A stretch of DNA of 64,000 bases. Source: Carcharhinus amblyrhynchos. Lineage: Eukaryota. This document shows, in pieces, positions 1 to 11,905 of this stretch (position 1 is the first letter of the stretch; the number at the start of each line of letters is the position of its first letter). Location: the NCBI GenBank assembly GCA_965287045.1, contig OZ336888.1:35464001-35528000 (forward strand). Reading direction: 5' to 3'. Under the pieces are notes generated by a model. That model had not been told where the DNA came from. It searched no databases and worked only from the letters and a program-made list of their open reading frames with translations. The translations under genes were made by a program, and so were the position numbers.

Positions 1-224
1 ATTGGAGCTTGATCTGCCATTATAGTTGGGAGTTCAGTTATGTTTCGGTTTTCTCATGGGCTAGGAGTAACAGAACTGCTTCCCAGAATCCCACACAGAA
101 TCCCTGAACCATCCCGACTTGGGATTCATCTCCCGCCTCGGGATTCATCTCCCACCTCATTTCGGATTCCAACATCATCCCCAACTGCACCATCTGTATC
201 TCCATTATCACCCATGGGAACACA

Positions 225-1560
225 AAGCTAGCTCTACATACCGACAGCCTATAGCTGTACCTGCACCTATATACAGACAGCCTATAGCTGTACCTGCACC
301 TATATACAGACAGTCAATAGCTGTACCTGCACTACATACAAGCAGCCTATAGCTGTACCTGCAATTATATATAGATAGCCTGTAACTGTGCCTGCAACTA
401 CATATAAACAGCCTATAGCTATGTCTGTATCTATATATGGATAGCTGATAGCTATTAGCCTTATTAGCCTGTATCTGCATATAGACACACTACAGTTATC
501 TATCTTTATCCACATATTGTGATGTTAGTGCAGCTTTAAGAGATTTTTTAAATTCATGCTTACAGCCTGAGGTGATGTCATTGTTGGGAGGAGAAAAACT
601 GTGGTCAGCTGACACGGATTTCATTTCAGTTTCCATTTGGAACTCAGGTTTGAGATTTTAGTTTTAGAAGGGAAGCAAGTTAAAAAGAAGTGTTTTCCCT
701 CTCTCCCTTTTGTTTTGAAAACTCTGTTGATTTCCCAAAGGGTGAAAACCTGCTGTTGTTGGGGGCCGGACCAGAGTGTCTCTGGTGTTTTGGGAAGCTG
801 TCTTGTCTTCAAACTGTTCTGAATCTCAAGAGCACTTGACTGCAGAATTCAACTAAAGACCTCAATCCCACTATGACGTGAGCAGTAGACTTTGTTGAGT
901 TGAGCCTGTTTAAAGGGTTTTGTCCACGGCAAGGGTTTTGGTTTGATTGGAACACATTAAATATCTTTATTAGGGGTTATACATTATCATAATTGTTTAT
1001 TTCTTATTTGTAATTGATAAAAGTTCTTGCTAATTTTCTTATTATACATGTTAACTATATTCTTAAATAAACTTATTTTGATAAAAGCTCCCTAGTGGGT
1101 CATTTGAATTATATCTGAAGTGAAACATCTCATGCTTATCCTTGCCAAATTCAAAATGCAAAACTTATGATCCAGACGGGCTTCATAAAATACTTTGGAG
1201 TTTCTAACCTGAGCCTTAGCAATATAGACACCTATAGATATGTCAGTATCTACATATAGACTCTCCATAGTTATGTCTCTGTATCTGCAAACAGACACAC
1301 TATACCTGTGTTCATATCATCCCATAGCTTTATCTGTATCTGTATATAGGCAGCCTACAGCTATATCTCTATCCACATATAGACACACCTCATATTTGTC
1401 TGTATCTACATATAGGCATCCTATAACAATTTCTCTATATCCAGATATAGACCCCCCCCCCCCACCTGTAGGTGTGTCCCTGCACCCATACATCTACACA
1501 TTTACACCCTGTGATCTATGTATATCTACATCCTATACCTAAGTATCTTTACCCCTAGAC
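225..1560. repeat. Degenerate ~33-bp minisatellite (AGACAGCCTATAGCTGTACCTGCACCTATATAC-like), split by a solo LTR
   Basis: Tandem units at ~225-517 (11-aa periodic translation IYRQPIAVPAP) resume, more decayed, at 1222-1560. Confidence 0.85.
518..1221 (+). mobile_element. Solo LTR (probably Gypsy/ERV type), 704 bp
   Basis: Starts TGTGATG, ends TAGCA, flanked by a 4-bp ATAT duplication (514-517 / 1222-1225). AATAAA near 1066. Termini resemble the reverse LTR at 8022-8894. Confidence 0.85.
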
Positions 1561-2159
1561 TTATGGCTGAACCGCGATATGTGTGTATCAATACCCAGGA
1601 TCTACATGTCTGGAATTATGTCCATATTTTTTGGAGAATTTATCACCTTGTTTCCAGCTGCTCTGTGTCACACCCACCATTTTCCTCACAGTGATCTCCA
1701 TGTCATAAAAACCTTACAATCAAACTGAAAGTGGCAGTACCCACTGCCCGCCAGAGGGAGGCAGGAGACACACATTACTGCTTCCCCTCATCCCACACGG
1801 CATTCCATTTGTTTCCTGTTCTCTCACTCGTTTCTGTCTGAACGTCTCCCCTGAGAGCAAATGACTTGTAAAATAAAAATTCCCCACAAACCATGAGAGA
1901 AATTCAAAAATAAGATTCCTCTAGCACAGGTCCCCTAGGAATACTCCATTCATTGTCAGTGATACGATCAACTCCGCTGAGACAAGCGAGCAGTGAACTA
2001 ACAACTGCAGAGCCTCAGAAACATCACAAACCACAGTGTACACGCAGAGTAATAGGAACCTGGGACTGTCAGCTAACAATCTAACCCAATGTTTCACACA
2101 CATCAATATACATTAATAATATCCTACCTCTGACTCGTAGCCTAGAACTCAGCAAGGTA

Positions 2160-2330
2160 TTTGAGTTCTTTATATATAGAACAACAGATACCCAGGAAGT
2201 GAGTCAGAGTCTGGAATCTAATGAAGGGGTTGAGGTGGTTTATCTATAGAATAACATCTGCCAAATAGTGAGTTACGGCCTGGAATCTAATTGAGGGCTT
2301 AGAATGGTTTATATATAGAATAGGAAATAT
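2160..2330 (+). repeat. Short array of a ~68-bp shark tandem repeat (GAGTTACAGACTGGAATCTAATCGAGGGG...TTTATATATAGAATAACAG type)
   Basis: 2-3 decayed units; related reverse-strand units at ~43480-43700. Confidence 0.65.
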
Positions 2331-2949
2331 TCACGTGTCTGCTATATTCTGGGAACATGGGCATCGCTGGCTAGGAGGGAGTGTTAGTTGCCCAAATTTA
2401 AAGTTGTAAATTTATAAATGAAGGGGAATTTGGCTTTACTTGTCTAAGTTGGTTGTGATCGGAAAGCGCTGCCTGATAGAGTGGGGGAAGGAGGAAGGCA
2501 AGTCATTTTCAAAAGGAAGTTGGATAAATATGTGAAAAAGAAAGGCTTGTAGGTCTGTGGGAAACGAGCTAGGGAATAGGACCAACTGGATGTCTCTTTC
2601 AGTGAGCTAGCACAGATAGGCCGAATGGCTTCTTTCTGCGTTGTATGATTCTATAGGCTTGTAAGGCACGGCCCAAACATCCAAAAGTCATTCGTATTGA
2701 GTTCCTTGAATTTTATTCTCCAATAATAAATGATAAGATCAACTCAGATCAATGAGGGAGTTTTCAGGAATCCCGGCATCATTGTACAGTGGGAGGAGGG
2801 TGAGGGAGATATACTTAGGCTGCTTCTCTCAATGTCATCACTGCAGAAACCCTGTATTCCCCTTTCAGAAAGAGTAAAAAGTGATAGCAATTTAACATCA
2901 TCTGCTCCAATCAAACCTGATCTTCCATCACAGTGCATCAAAGGCTCAT

Positions 2950-4580
2950 TATTTGATTTTGATTTGATTTATTATTGTCACATGTATTGGTACAAGTGAA
3001 AAATATTGTTTCTTGTGTGCTAGATGGATAGAGCATACCACACATAGGGAAGGAGAGAGTGTAGAATGTAGCGTACAGGCATAGCTAGTGTGTAGAGAAA
3101 GATCAACTTAATGTGAGATAGGTCCTTTCAAAGGTCTGATGACAGCAGGGAAGAAGATGATCTTGAGTCAGTTGATACATGGCCTCAGACTTCTGTATCT
3201 TTTTCCTGATGGAAGAAAGTGGAAATGTCCAGGGTGTGTAGGGTCCTTAATTATGCTGACTGCTTTTCTGAGGCAGCAGAAAGTGTAGACAGAGTCAATG
3301 GATTGGAGGTTGGTTTGTGTGATGGACTGGGCTTTGTTCACAACTCTCTATAGTTTATTGCTGCCTTGGGCAGAGCAGGAGACATACCAAGCTGCGGTAC
3401 AACCAGAAAGTATGATTTGTGTGGTGCCTCTGTAGAAATTGGTGAGAGTTGTAGCAGACATGCCAAATTTCCTTAGGTTTCTGAGAAAGTAGAGGCGTTG
3501 GTAGCTTTTTTAACTATAGTGTCTGCATGGAGGGACCAGGACAGGTTAGTTGATGATCTGGACATCTAAAAGCTTGAAGCTCTCAACCATTTCTAATTCA
3601 TCCCATTGATGTAGACGGGGGCATACCCTCCACTACGCTTCCTGAAGTCAATGACTATTTCCTTTGTTTTGTTGACATTGAGGGACAGATTATTTTTATC
3701 ACACCAGTTTGCTAATTCTCTATCTTTCCTGTGCTCTGTCTCATCATTGTTTGAGATCTGACTCACAACAGTGATGTCATCAGCAAACTTGAAAACTGAG
3801 TTGGAGGGGAATTTGGCCACACGGTCATTGATGTATAAGGAGTACAGTAAGGGGCTGAGGACACAGCCTTGCAGAGCACCAGTGTTGAGGAGATTGTGGG
3901 GGAGGTGTTGTTGCCTATCTTTACTGATTGCGGTCTGTGGCGTTAGGAAGTCGGGTCCAGTTGCAGAGGGAGGAGCTGAGCCCCAAGCCACGAAGTTTGG
4001 AGATGACGGTCATAGGAATAATGGTGTAATATATGACTAGGAGTGTGACATAGGTGTCTTTGTTATCTAGATAATCCAGGGTTGAGCGCAGGGCCAGGGA
4101 GATGGTGTCTGCTGTGGACCTGTTGCAGCAATAGTGAACTATAGTGGATCCGGGCAGTCCGGGAGGCCGGAATAGATTTGTGCAATGACTAACCTTTCAA
4201 AGCACTTCATAATGATGAATGTCAGAACCACTGGACGATCGTCATTAAGGCATGCTGCCTAGCTTTTCTTTCGTACCAGGATGATGGCCACCTTCTTGAA
4301 GCAGATTGGAACCTCAGATTGGTGTAAAGAGAGGTTAAAGATGTCTGTGAATATCTCTGCCAGCTGGTCCATGCAGGATCTGAGGGCCCGTCCAGGTACT
4401 CCACCTGGGCCAGTCGCTTTCTGTGGGTTGACTTTCGAGAAAGTTGCTCTGACGTTGGCGATGGTGACCTCGGATACAGGTTCGTCCGAGGCCTCCGGGA
4501 TGGAGGGAATGCTCTCGTTGACCTCTTGCTCAAAATGTGCATAGAATGCATTGAGCTCATCAAGGAGGGTGTATTGGAGC
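2950..4580 (-). mobile_element. Rex1/Babar-type LINE, 5'-truncated, disrupted ORF2 (RT)
   Basis: Minus-strand translation GALQGCVLSPLLYSLY...FADDITVVSQISNNDETEHR...LNVNKTKEIVIDFRK; (AAATC)n tail at ~2950-2975. Confidence 0.9.
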
Positions 4581-4861
4581 TGGCAATTGTACCTGTCTAA
4601 AACTTGGATAACGCTGTTGAAATAAAGGGATTAAAATCTGTTGATGCTTTAACTCTCGTATTGTTTTGATGAAAATAAATGCATTCCAGCCTCAGATGCA
4701 ACATTTTGGAAGCTCAAAGCATTTGGGTTTTTTTCCTTAGAATAGAGAAGAATAAGGGACATTTAACAGAGGTGTTCAAAATGAAGAAAAGTTGAGTATA
4801 ACAGTAAGATGTGGCACAGAGAATGCATTGCATTCATTTTCATTCTCTGTGCTGAGCGGCC

Positions 4862-5459
4862 TTGAAACTGGGACTGTTTCAGATCCGACTTCTAGGCCTG
4901 TTCTCAGGCACCCCCATATATACTCTGCCTAAAAAGAAAGCAGCAATTCTGAATCGCGCTGCAGAAGCCTGTGGGCTGGGCTTATCACGCCTGAAATCCT
5001 GCAGCTCCCAACAGAGCCTTCAACTGCGCATAGAAAAACGCTCCACTCCACATCACTCCTGGACTGGATAATGCCTCCCCCTCACCCCCATGGACATTGC
5101 TCCACCCCCACAACATAACTGAACACCTTATCGCCCCACCACCTGCCACCCACCCAGTCCAATCGTGGGCCCCTCCTCCTCCTCTTCACCTCCCCCCCTC
5201 CACCCCGCACCCCGCCACCGCCCCCCCCCCCCCCCCCCCCCCCCCCAGACTGGTCACAAGCAGAGTGGCAGCAGACGTCCATGCCCATGTAAATGCATTT
5301 AAATTTTCATTGTGCCCATTTTGGGCATTGTCCCAACGGCAGCCATTTTCAGTCCTTGGTAAAGGGGGAACAGACGCGGATCAGGCTCTTCACCTCACAC
5401 CCAATTTTACCAAATTTTTGCACCCGAAAATGGCACAACTTGATGGTAAAATTGGGCCC
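4862..5459. mobile_element. Non-autonomous PIF/Harbinger-like DNA transposon fragment with internal C-rich tract
   Basis: Ends TGGTAAAATTGGGCCC with a subterminal inverted copy CCCAATTTTACCA. 4870-5010 is the reverse-complement homolog of 43310-43435. Poly-C run at 5221-5246. Confidence 0.65.
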
Positions 5460-5974
5460 ATCATGTCAGTGCCAGCTCCATGGCGGAGATATCTAATTAG
5501 TTCCGGCTGTCATACTCTTTCCCAATAGCTTTGTTACTTATTTCCCTTCTTGTACTTATCCAAATTTCTTTTGACAGTTCCTATCAACTCTGCTTCCACC
5601 ACACCTCCAGGCAGTGCATTCTACTAACTTCTAATAACTTGCTGCACAAAAAGTATTTTGAAAAAGGAAATTGGATAACTGTTTGAAAGGAGAAATTTCG
5701 CCCGGCTATGGGGAAAAGGCAGGGATTGGAATTAATTAGATATTTCCTTCAAAGAGCCAGTAACAACATGATGGGCTGAATGGTTACCTTCAGTGATGCA
5801 ACAGTTGTTGAATATTACAAGGAAAATGCTTCTTCACTGAGACCCTTGGCTCATTCTGCTTCTCTGACAGGAACAGGAGGAGGCCATTCAGCCCCTTGAA
5901 CCTGTTCCACCATTCAATGAGATCACCGCTGATCTGTGGCCGAACTCCGTATACCAGTCTTTGGACCAGGCGAG

Positions 5975-6330
5975 AGGCATTAATGAAGTGGTATTGTCAC
6001 TGGATCAGTAATACAGGCACCCAGGCTAATGCTCTGGGGACCTGGGTTCGAATCCTGCTATGACAGATGGTGAACTTAGAATTCAATAAATATCTGGAAT
6101 TAACATTCTAATGATGACCATGAAACCATTGTCAATTGTTGTTAAAAAAAAAATCCCCTCTGGTTCACTAATGCCCTTTAGGGAAGGAAATCTGTTGTCC
6201 TTCCCTGGTCTGGCCTATATGGGATTCCACACCCACAGCAAGCTGTTGACTTTTAACTCCCCTCGTGGATGGGTAATAAATGCTGTCCCAGTTAGCAACA
6301 CCCACATCCCATGAACAGATAAATAATAAA
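5975..6330 (+). mobile_element. tRNA-derived SINE, second family (B box GGGTTCGAATCC; tail ...CCCACATCCCATGAA...AATAAA)
   Basis: Homologous copies at 15358-15710(-), 28650-29000(-) and 39260-39590(+); tail shared with LINE remnants at 35660-37020 and 62040-62480. Confidence 0.8.
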
Positions 6331-6728
6331 TTTATCTATCTCCGATTTAAAACTGACAATTGATCGAGCATCAACTGAGATGAGTGGAAGAGAGTTCTAA
6401 ACCGCTTCCACCCTTTGTGCTTCCTAACATCTGGAGGAGCTGACTCCTGCAAAGATATGAAAGAACAGTTTTATTTCTGTCCTGATTGACTTGAACAGAC
6501 CTTGAAATGAGACTTTGCAATATAACTTCAAGAAGGCAAAAAAACCCTAAATAATTTATCTATTGATTCAAATTACAAAGTAAAATATAATAAACAAGAT
6601 CCTGTAAATACTGGTGAGTACATTAAATTTCAAGTTGATTTCTTACTCATAAGTAAGGTTTACATTAACGCTACAACGATGTTACTCTGAAATTCCCCTA
6701 GTCACCACAGTCTGGTTCAATGCATCTA

Positions 6729-6974
6729 CACAGTAAAAAGTCTGACAACACCAGGTTTTAGTCCAACCGATTTATTTGATAATAGACTTACAAGCTTTCG
6801 GGGTTAGCCCCTTCGTCAGGTGAATGGAGAGTTCTGCCCTCAGACAGAGCACCTGATGAAGGGGCTAACCCCGAAAGCTTGTGAGTCTATTATCAAATAA
6901 ATCGGTTGGACTAAAACTTGGTGTTGTCAGACTTTTTACTGTGTTTACGCCAGTCCAATGCCGGGATACCCACA
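6729..6974. mobile_element. Penelope-like element 3' end (pLTR) as an inverted pair, with 94-bp arms
   Basis: 6729-6822 is the reverse complement of 6850-6943 (3 mismatches), followed by a ~30-nt tail. TCAATGCATCTA is duplicated at 6717-6728 / 6975-6986. Homologous to the ends of the GIY-YIG element at 50097-51856. Confidence 0.9.
6850..6884 (+). ncRNA. Minimal Penelope-type hammerhead ribozyme motif
   Basis: CAC-CTGATGA-A-GGGG-CTAA-CCCC-GAAA-GCTT-GTG: CUGANGA/GAAA core, 4-bp stem II, palindromic AGCT in place of stem III. Mirror copy at 6788-6822(-). Confidence 0.7.
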
Positions 6975-7127
6975 TCAATGCATCTAACCAGCATATCGCT
7001 CAAACTGTGGGAGGAAACTGGAGCACCTGGGGGATACCCAGGCAGATATGGGGAGAACATGAAAATTCCACAGACAGCAACCCAAGCCAGGAATTGAACC
7101 CAGGTCTCTGGCACTGTGAGGCAGTTG

Positions 7128-7665
7128 CCGCACTTACGCAAGGATATTTAGGCCTTGGAGGGAGTGCAGAGGAGGTTTACTAGGCTGAAGCCAGAGTTGA
7201 GGGGGTTGAGCTATGAGGAGAGGCTGAATAAACTAGGCTTGTACTCGTTAGAGTTTAGAAGAATGAGGGACATCTCATTGAGACATATAAGATGATGAAT
7301 GGGATGGATAGGATAGAGGTGGAGAGACTCTTCCCGCTCAGAAAGGACAGTAGGACTAGGGGGCACAACCTCAGGATAAAGGGGGGGCAGTTTAGAACGG
7401 AGTTGAGGAGGAACTTCTTCTCTCAAAGGGTGGTGAATCTCTGGAATTCTCTGCCCGTTGAAGTGGTGGAGGCTGCCTCGCTAAATATTTTTAAGACGCG
7501 GGTTGATGGGTTTTTGATAAGCGAGGGGATTAAGGATTACGGGGAGAGGGCGGGAAAGTGGAACTGAGCCACGACAGATCAGCCATGATCTTATTGAATG
7601 GCGAGGCAGGCTTGAAGGGCTAGATGGCCTACTCCTGCTCCTATTTCTTATGTTCTTATGTTCTA
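7128..7665 (+). mobile_element. Young CR1 LINE 3' end
   Basis: KDSRTRGH...RRNFFSQRVVNLWNSLP ORF2 C-terminus and (TTCTTATG)n tail; near-identical to 27836-28558 and 44305-44720. Confidence 0.95.
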
Positions 7666-8021
7666 AACCACTGTGCCACAATGCCATCCTTGTAACAGCA
7701 ATTGGAAAAGTACTATACTTCTTATACATACGTATGTTTTAAATTCTGTGTGAATCACTTGAAAGGGATCAGGAAACATTCAGCTACCACAGTTCAGGTT
7801 TGAAATGGGAATTGATGGAGTTAAATCCAGTATCAAATGGGGTTATAGTCAGAGGGAGTAAAGTGCTCCAGAATGTGTTGATTCTACCCATCAGTTCAGG
7901 TGGTTTTCCCTCTGTACTGGACTGCATGCAGTCAATCTGTAGCCATCATTATACAATTAGAACTGTCAGTTTTTAGCCTTTTTCACCCTTCTCCTTCCTT
8001 CTATACTTTCCTAGTTCTTAG

Positions 8022-8894
8022 TGTTAGGGACCAGAACAGAAACTCTAAAGTATATTGTGAAGTTAGCCTAGACCCTAACTTTTTTTTTATTTTTGGCATT
8101 AGTGTGAGCATAAGGTGTTTCACTCCACTAGGAAGCTTTTAAGAAAACAAAACATTATTTAACAGTACAGTAACAATATAACAAAAACAATTAGTATATT
8201 TTTTACCAATTGAACTACTTAAATATGGCAAGGTATAATTCATAACTGCTAGCTATCTCTATTAGTTCCAATTAAGCAATATTCCCATAGATATGAACTC
8301 CTATTCAGAATTAGTTAGCAAAAACACAGGCATACATGGGTTGCTAGACTTCCAGCCTTTTAACACCTCTGGACAGAGATACAGAGAGACACCTGTCTTC
8401 AGACTCTTAGCAGCCTCCAGAGAAACATCTGTCTTCACACAGCAGAGCTCCAGTGAGAGAGGGAGAGAGAGAAAATACCTCTTTCCTTTTGCAGATCTCT
8501 GGAAAAAGATATCTTATTCCTAGCAGGTCCCAGACTTCAATTTTCAGAGAGAGAGAGAGAGAAAGGAAGGGAGAAAGAGCTTGTTCCTTTTCAAATTGAA
8601 GCAGCAACTGTCTGATTGTCTCCATAAGCCTAGCACCTCCAATTAGCACATGGCACACACATAGCAATCAACCCAACTAAACCCTACTCTGAAACACCAG
8701 AGAACAACCCAAAGAATAATAAGACTGCATTAACTCAGATTAAAACAAACACTCTGCTAACTTGGAGGAATTATTTCTCTACATTCTCAGCAGGTGGGCT
8801 GTTGGCTGCACCGTAATCAGAGCTGAAGTATAAAGCATTCCCTTCACAAGAAACAGAATGCAAATACATTTCTTAAAGGCACAGTATCATCACA
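8022..8894 (-). mobile_element. Solo LTR, 873 bp
   Basis: TGTTAGG...CATCACA flanked by a TTAG duplication (8018-8021 / 8895-8898); its reverse-complement termini resemble those of 518-1221. Confidence 0.85.
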
Positions 8895-9091
8895 TTAGAA
8901 CACAAGGTTTTCACTCCTTAATGTATCCCCTCAGTTCTCTCATTCAGAGGAACAAGTGAAACTTTTGACTGGTACAAAATTAGGAATGGCTTTCTTCAGT
9001 GACACAATGACGGAGATGACTTGGATAATTCAGTGAGATTTGGAGAATTTAACCAGCAATGAGTTTGTTCCATCTTTAAATTGATCGATGA

Positions 9092-11905
9092 AATCTTACC
9101 AAAAGTGTGCCAGACTGTTGGTTCTGGCAGGGAAAATGACATGATCCCCGTTGACGATGCCAGCATGATTTCAGACTCAATCTTATGCCTTGTTAGTAAT
9201 TATTTTTTATGCCCATGGGAATCATACCACTCCTACAGCATGTTCTCTCTGATTGGCCCACCCCACAACAACCTAACCTCTGCAATCACTGGGCAGTGCC
9301 GTATAAACAGCTTCCCAGCACTTGCTCCATAACTGCAGGGAACGGCAGCCAAGAATTCCACATCTTACCTTTTGGAGGGAGCCTCTGCCAGGATACTGGA
9401 TGGAGTGCAGCAAAGGCAGGACACAGTCCACCCCACTCCAGGGAATGGCATTCCAGGTCACCCCTGCCTGGGAAGCAGTGGCAGCCCTGGTCAGTGCAAG
9501 GACACTCCAGAAGAGGATGGGGCAGCAGTGTTGGAAGAAGATGAAAGATCTTCTTCATTCAGCCAGGGTAAGTAAACCACCCCCAGTCTCCCACTCGATC
9601 CCCTTGCACCCCCCTCACACCCCCACTCCATCTCTCACCCAGCCACCTCTAGGCGTCAGGCCCCACCTCCCTCCCTCAATTGCCACCTTCCTCCCAGTAA
9701 CTACCATGCTCCTCACACTGCCGCTCCCACTCAAGCCCCAACCTCATCACCATCTTCAATCTTACCGCTCCCACCTACACTCTCCCTTTCTATGTCATTG
9801 CAGGACAAACCCAACCGCAACAAGTGGGAGTGGGCACAGCCAGCTGGAATCCACTAGTGTCAGCGCCAGCAGATGGCAGGGCTTCTGGGTCTGACTAGAA
9901 TTTCCCCTCCATCCCAGGGAGGACTACAGGGGCCCCTGGGAACCTAAAGGGAAAAGGATCAGCTGGAGTACAGCCCGGGGCCCTCTAGCTAGGGGACCCT
10001 GGGCATCTCCGTCTGATACCACCCTTCCCTGTGAGTGACACATCTTCAGCCCTTGGCACTGAGGAGGAAAGCTGCCAAGGTCATCTCGGACAAAGGGTGT
10101 AGAGGCCAGCAGAAGAACTCAACCTCAGCTGTGGATCCTGAGGATACACTTAGACACAGTGGGAGAATCAGGAAGATTCGGAAACCGTAGGCACATAGGG
10201 GGCACAGGTGAATTTCAGCATTAGTGTAGGTAGGTCATCATTGTATTAAATGTTTGTCATCAAATTTCACTTTGTTCACCCACAGAGCTTTCACTCTGTC
10301 TGTTCACCATGGTCACCCAGCATCTCATCCCCGTGAGTGTGAGGATGGCAGCGCGATGTCCCCCCTACACTGGAGATGCAATGAGGAGACTCTACTGCTA
10401 GCATTCCCCCACCAATCCTGGAGCCCATCCCTCAAACTCCAAGCCCTCATTCCCTGTCCAATAAATCTCACTCTCCTCATGTCTCAGAGTATTTTCTCGA
10501 GGTGCTGCCAGGCTGCTCACCTCAGCTGGATGTGAATTCCAGGAGCCCGAACATGAGTGAAGCCTGTAGTGGTTGATGCTGCGCATCCCATGATTCTGAG
10601 TCCTACAATAAGCCTGTTCTATGGCTGCACACGTTAAACTCTCTGCCAGGCAGGAGTCAGACATACCGCTGAGGATGAGAGGGGCATCACTCCAGGATCA
10701 TAGTTTCACCAAACACCCACATTTCCCCAGCCCCCAAACCCCCACTCAAAGAAACCTGGAGTCACATTAGAGGGCAATCGAGTGGCTGCGTGTGACCAGT
10801 GTTTTCACCCTGATGGGACCCTCGCTGAGACGCTCCATCATGACCTCGATTGGAGTGTGTGGTACTGGATATCACCATCACACCTTGCATAGGGTCTGCG
10901 TCAGTGCCATCTGTGCAGCCTTTCTGGGAATGTCAGCTCAATGCCTGGGACATCGGCTTGCAAAGGGTTAACAGATAGCCTCCACTTGTGAGGGAGGCTG
11001 GGATGGATTTTCAGCCAAGCGTCTGCCTCTTGTGGGGGACAAGGCCCAGCTGAATCATGAGGGCATCAATGAGCATGTCCAGTGCATTCCTACCCGGCGC
11101 TCTGTTTCTCCCGGGTCACAGAGTTGAGCAACCTTCCGAGACGCACTGAAATCTATGTTACACCAAGCACCCTGATAATTATTTTGAGATTCCTGGGCAG
11201 CTTTTCCCTTTTGCCCTGACACTGCTGCTTGAGTGAGGGTTCCAACCACACTGCGGTCATCCTCCCCCAAGTGCGAGGCCCTTCAGGCCGTGTGAGGCGA
11301 GGCACAGCCCATTCCTGAATCCCCCGTTCTGCCCTGACAAACTAGCCTCCTGTGGGACCCCACTCGGGGAGCCCACAGTCACCCCCAAGTGCTGAGCCTC
11401 TTATTATCAAGCCCCTCCCATCCTCTGGCCATTCCTCATGAAGGAAGGGCACTCCCTCAGCTGCAATATGGACAGGAACCCAAGGAAGGCAGGCACAGGA
11501 AGCACTGCCTACACACCAGCTTTCAGAGGCCCTTTGAAGCAAGGGACTTGAAGGGACGGTCAGATCAGCGAGTGATCCCTCCCGACTCCTCTTCCCAGTA
11601 TGATGACTGTGGGAGCCCAATCTCCGGCAACTTATCTGTGCACTTATCTGCGTCCCTCGAGTCCTCACCCTTGCCCCCTGAGCAGGGAATGTTCCAGAAG
11701 GTGCTGCCTGCTCACCTCTGAAAGCCCTCTTGGAGCTGAGGAAGCCAGCTTCATGTTTGTGTAGACCTGTCGCAAATAGTGCTGGCATGATGTCACGCTA
11801 GCTTCTGCTGAATATCTGGTGAGGGGGCCGGTGGGGACAAGTCCCAGAGAGAGTACTTGTTAATGATATGCTAATGTATTAAAATGAGCATCCTGAGGTC
11901 ACAAA
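9092..11905. mobile_element. Decayed PIF/Harbinger DNA transposon
   Basis: GC-richer block containing the Myb/SANT-like gene remnant on + and a weak transposase-like motif (TCAAIEQA, ~10610-10635) on -; ends are approximate. Confidence 0.65.
9400..9850 (+). pseudogene. Harbinger Myb/SANT (trihelix, NAIF1/MSANTD-like) DNA-binding gene remnant, two exons
   Basis: PAWEAVAALVSARTLQKRMGQQCWKKMKDLLHSAR, then donor AGG|GTAAGT (9567/9568); acceptor TTGCAG|GACAAA (9803/9804) gives DKPNRNKWEWAQ, resembling EKxxHNKRERxQTGGG. Confidence 0.75.

Larger units (their letters stand above)
6640..7682 (-). mobile_element. HE1-like V-SINE with the alternative tail, interrupted by a Penelope palindrome and a CR1
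   Basis: Tail at 6640-6720, V-domain at 6985-7125, head remnant at 7665-7682. Confidence 0.75.

Noticed and set aside
5221-5246. 26-nt poly-C run
   Set aside because: Homopolymer inside a transposon's C-rich interior; its length is unreliable and it has no separate significance
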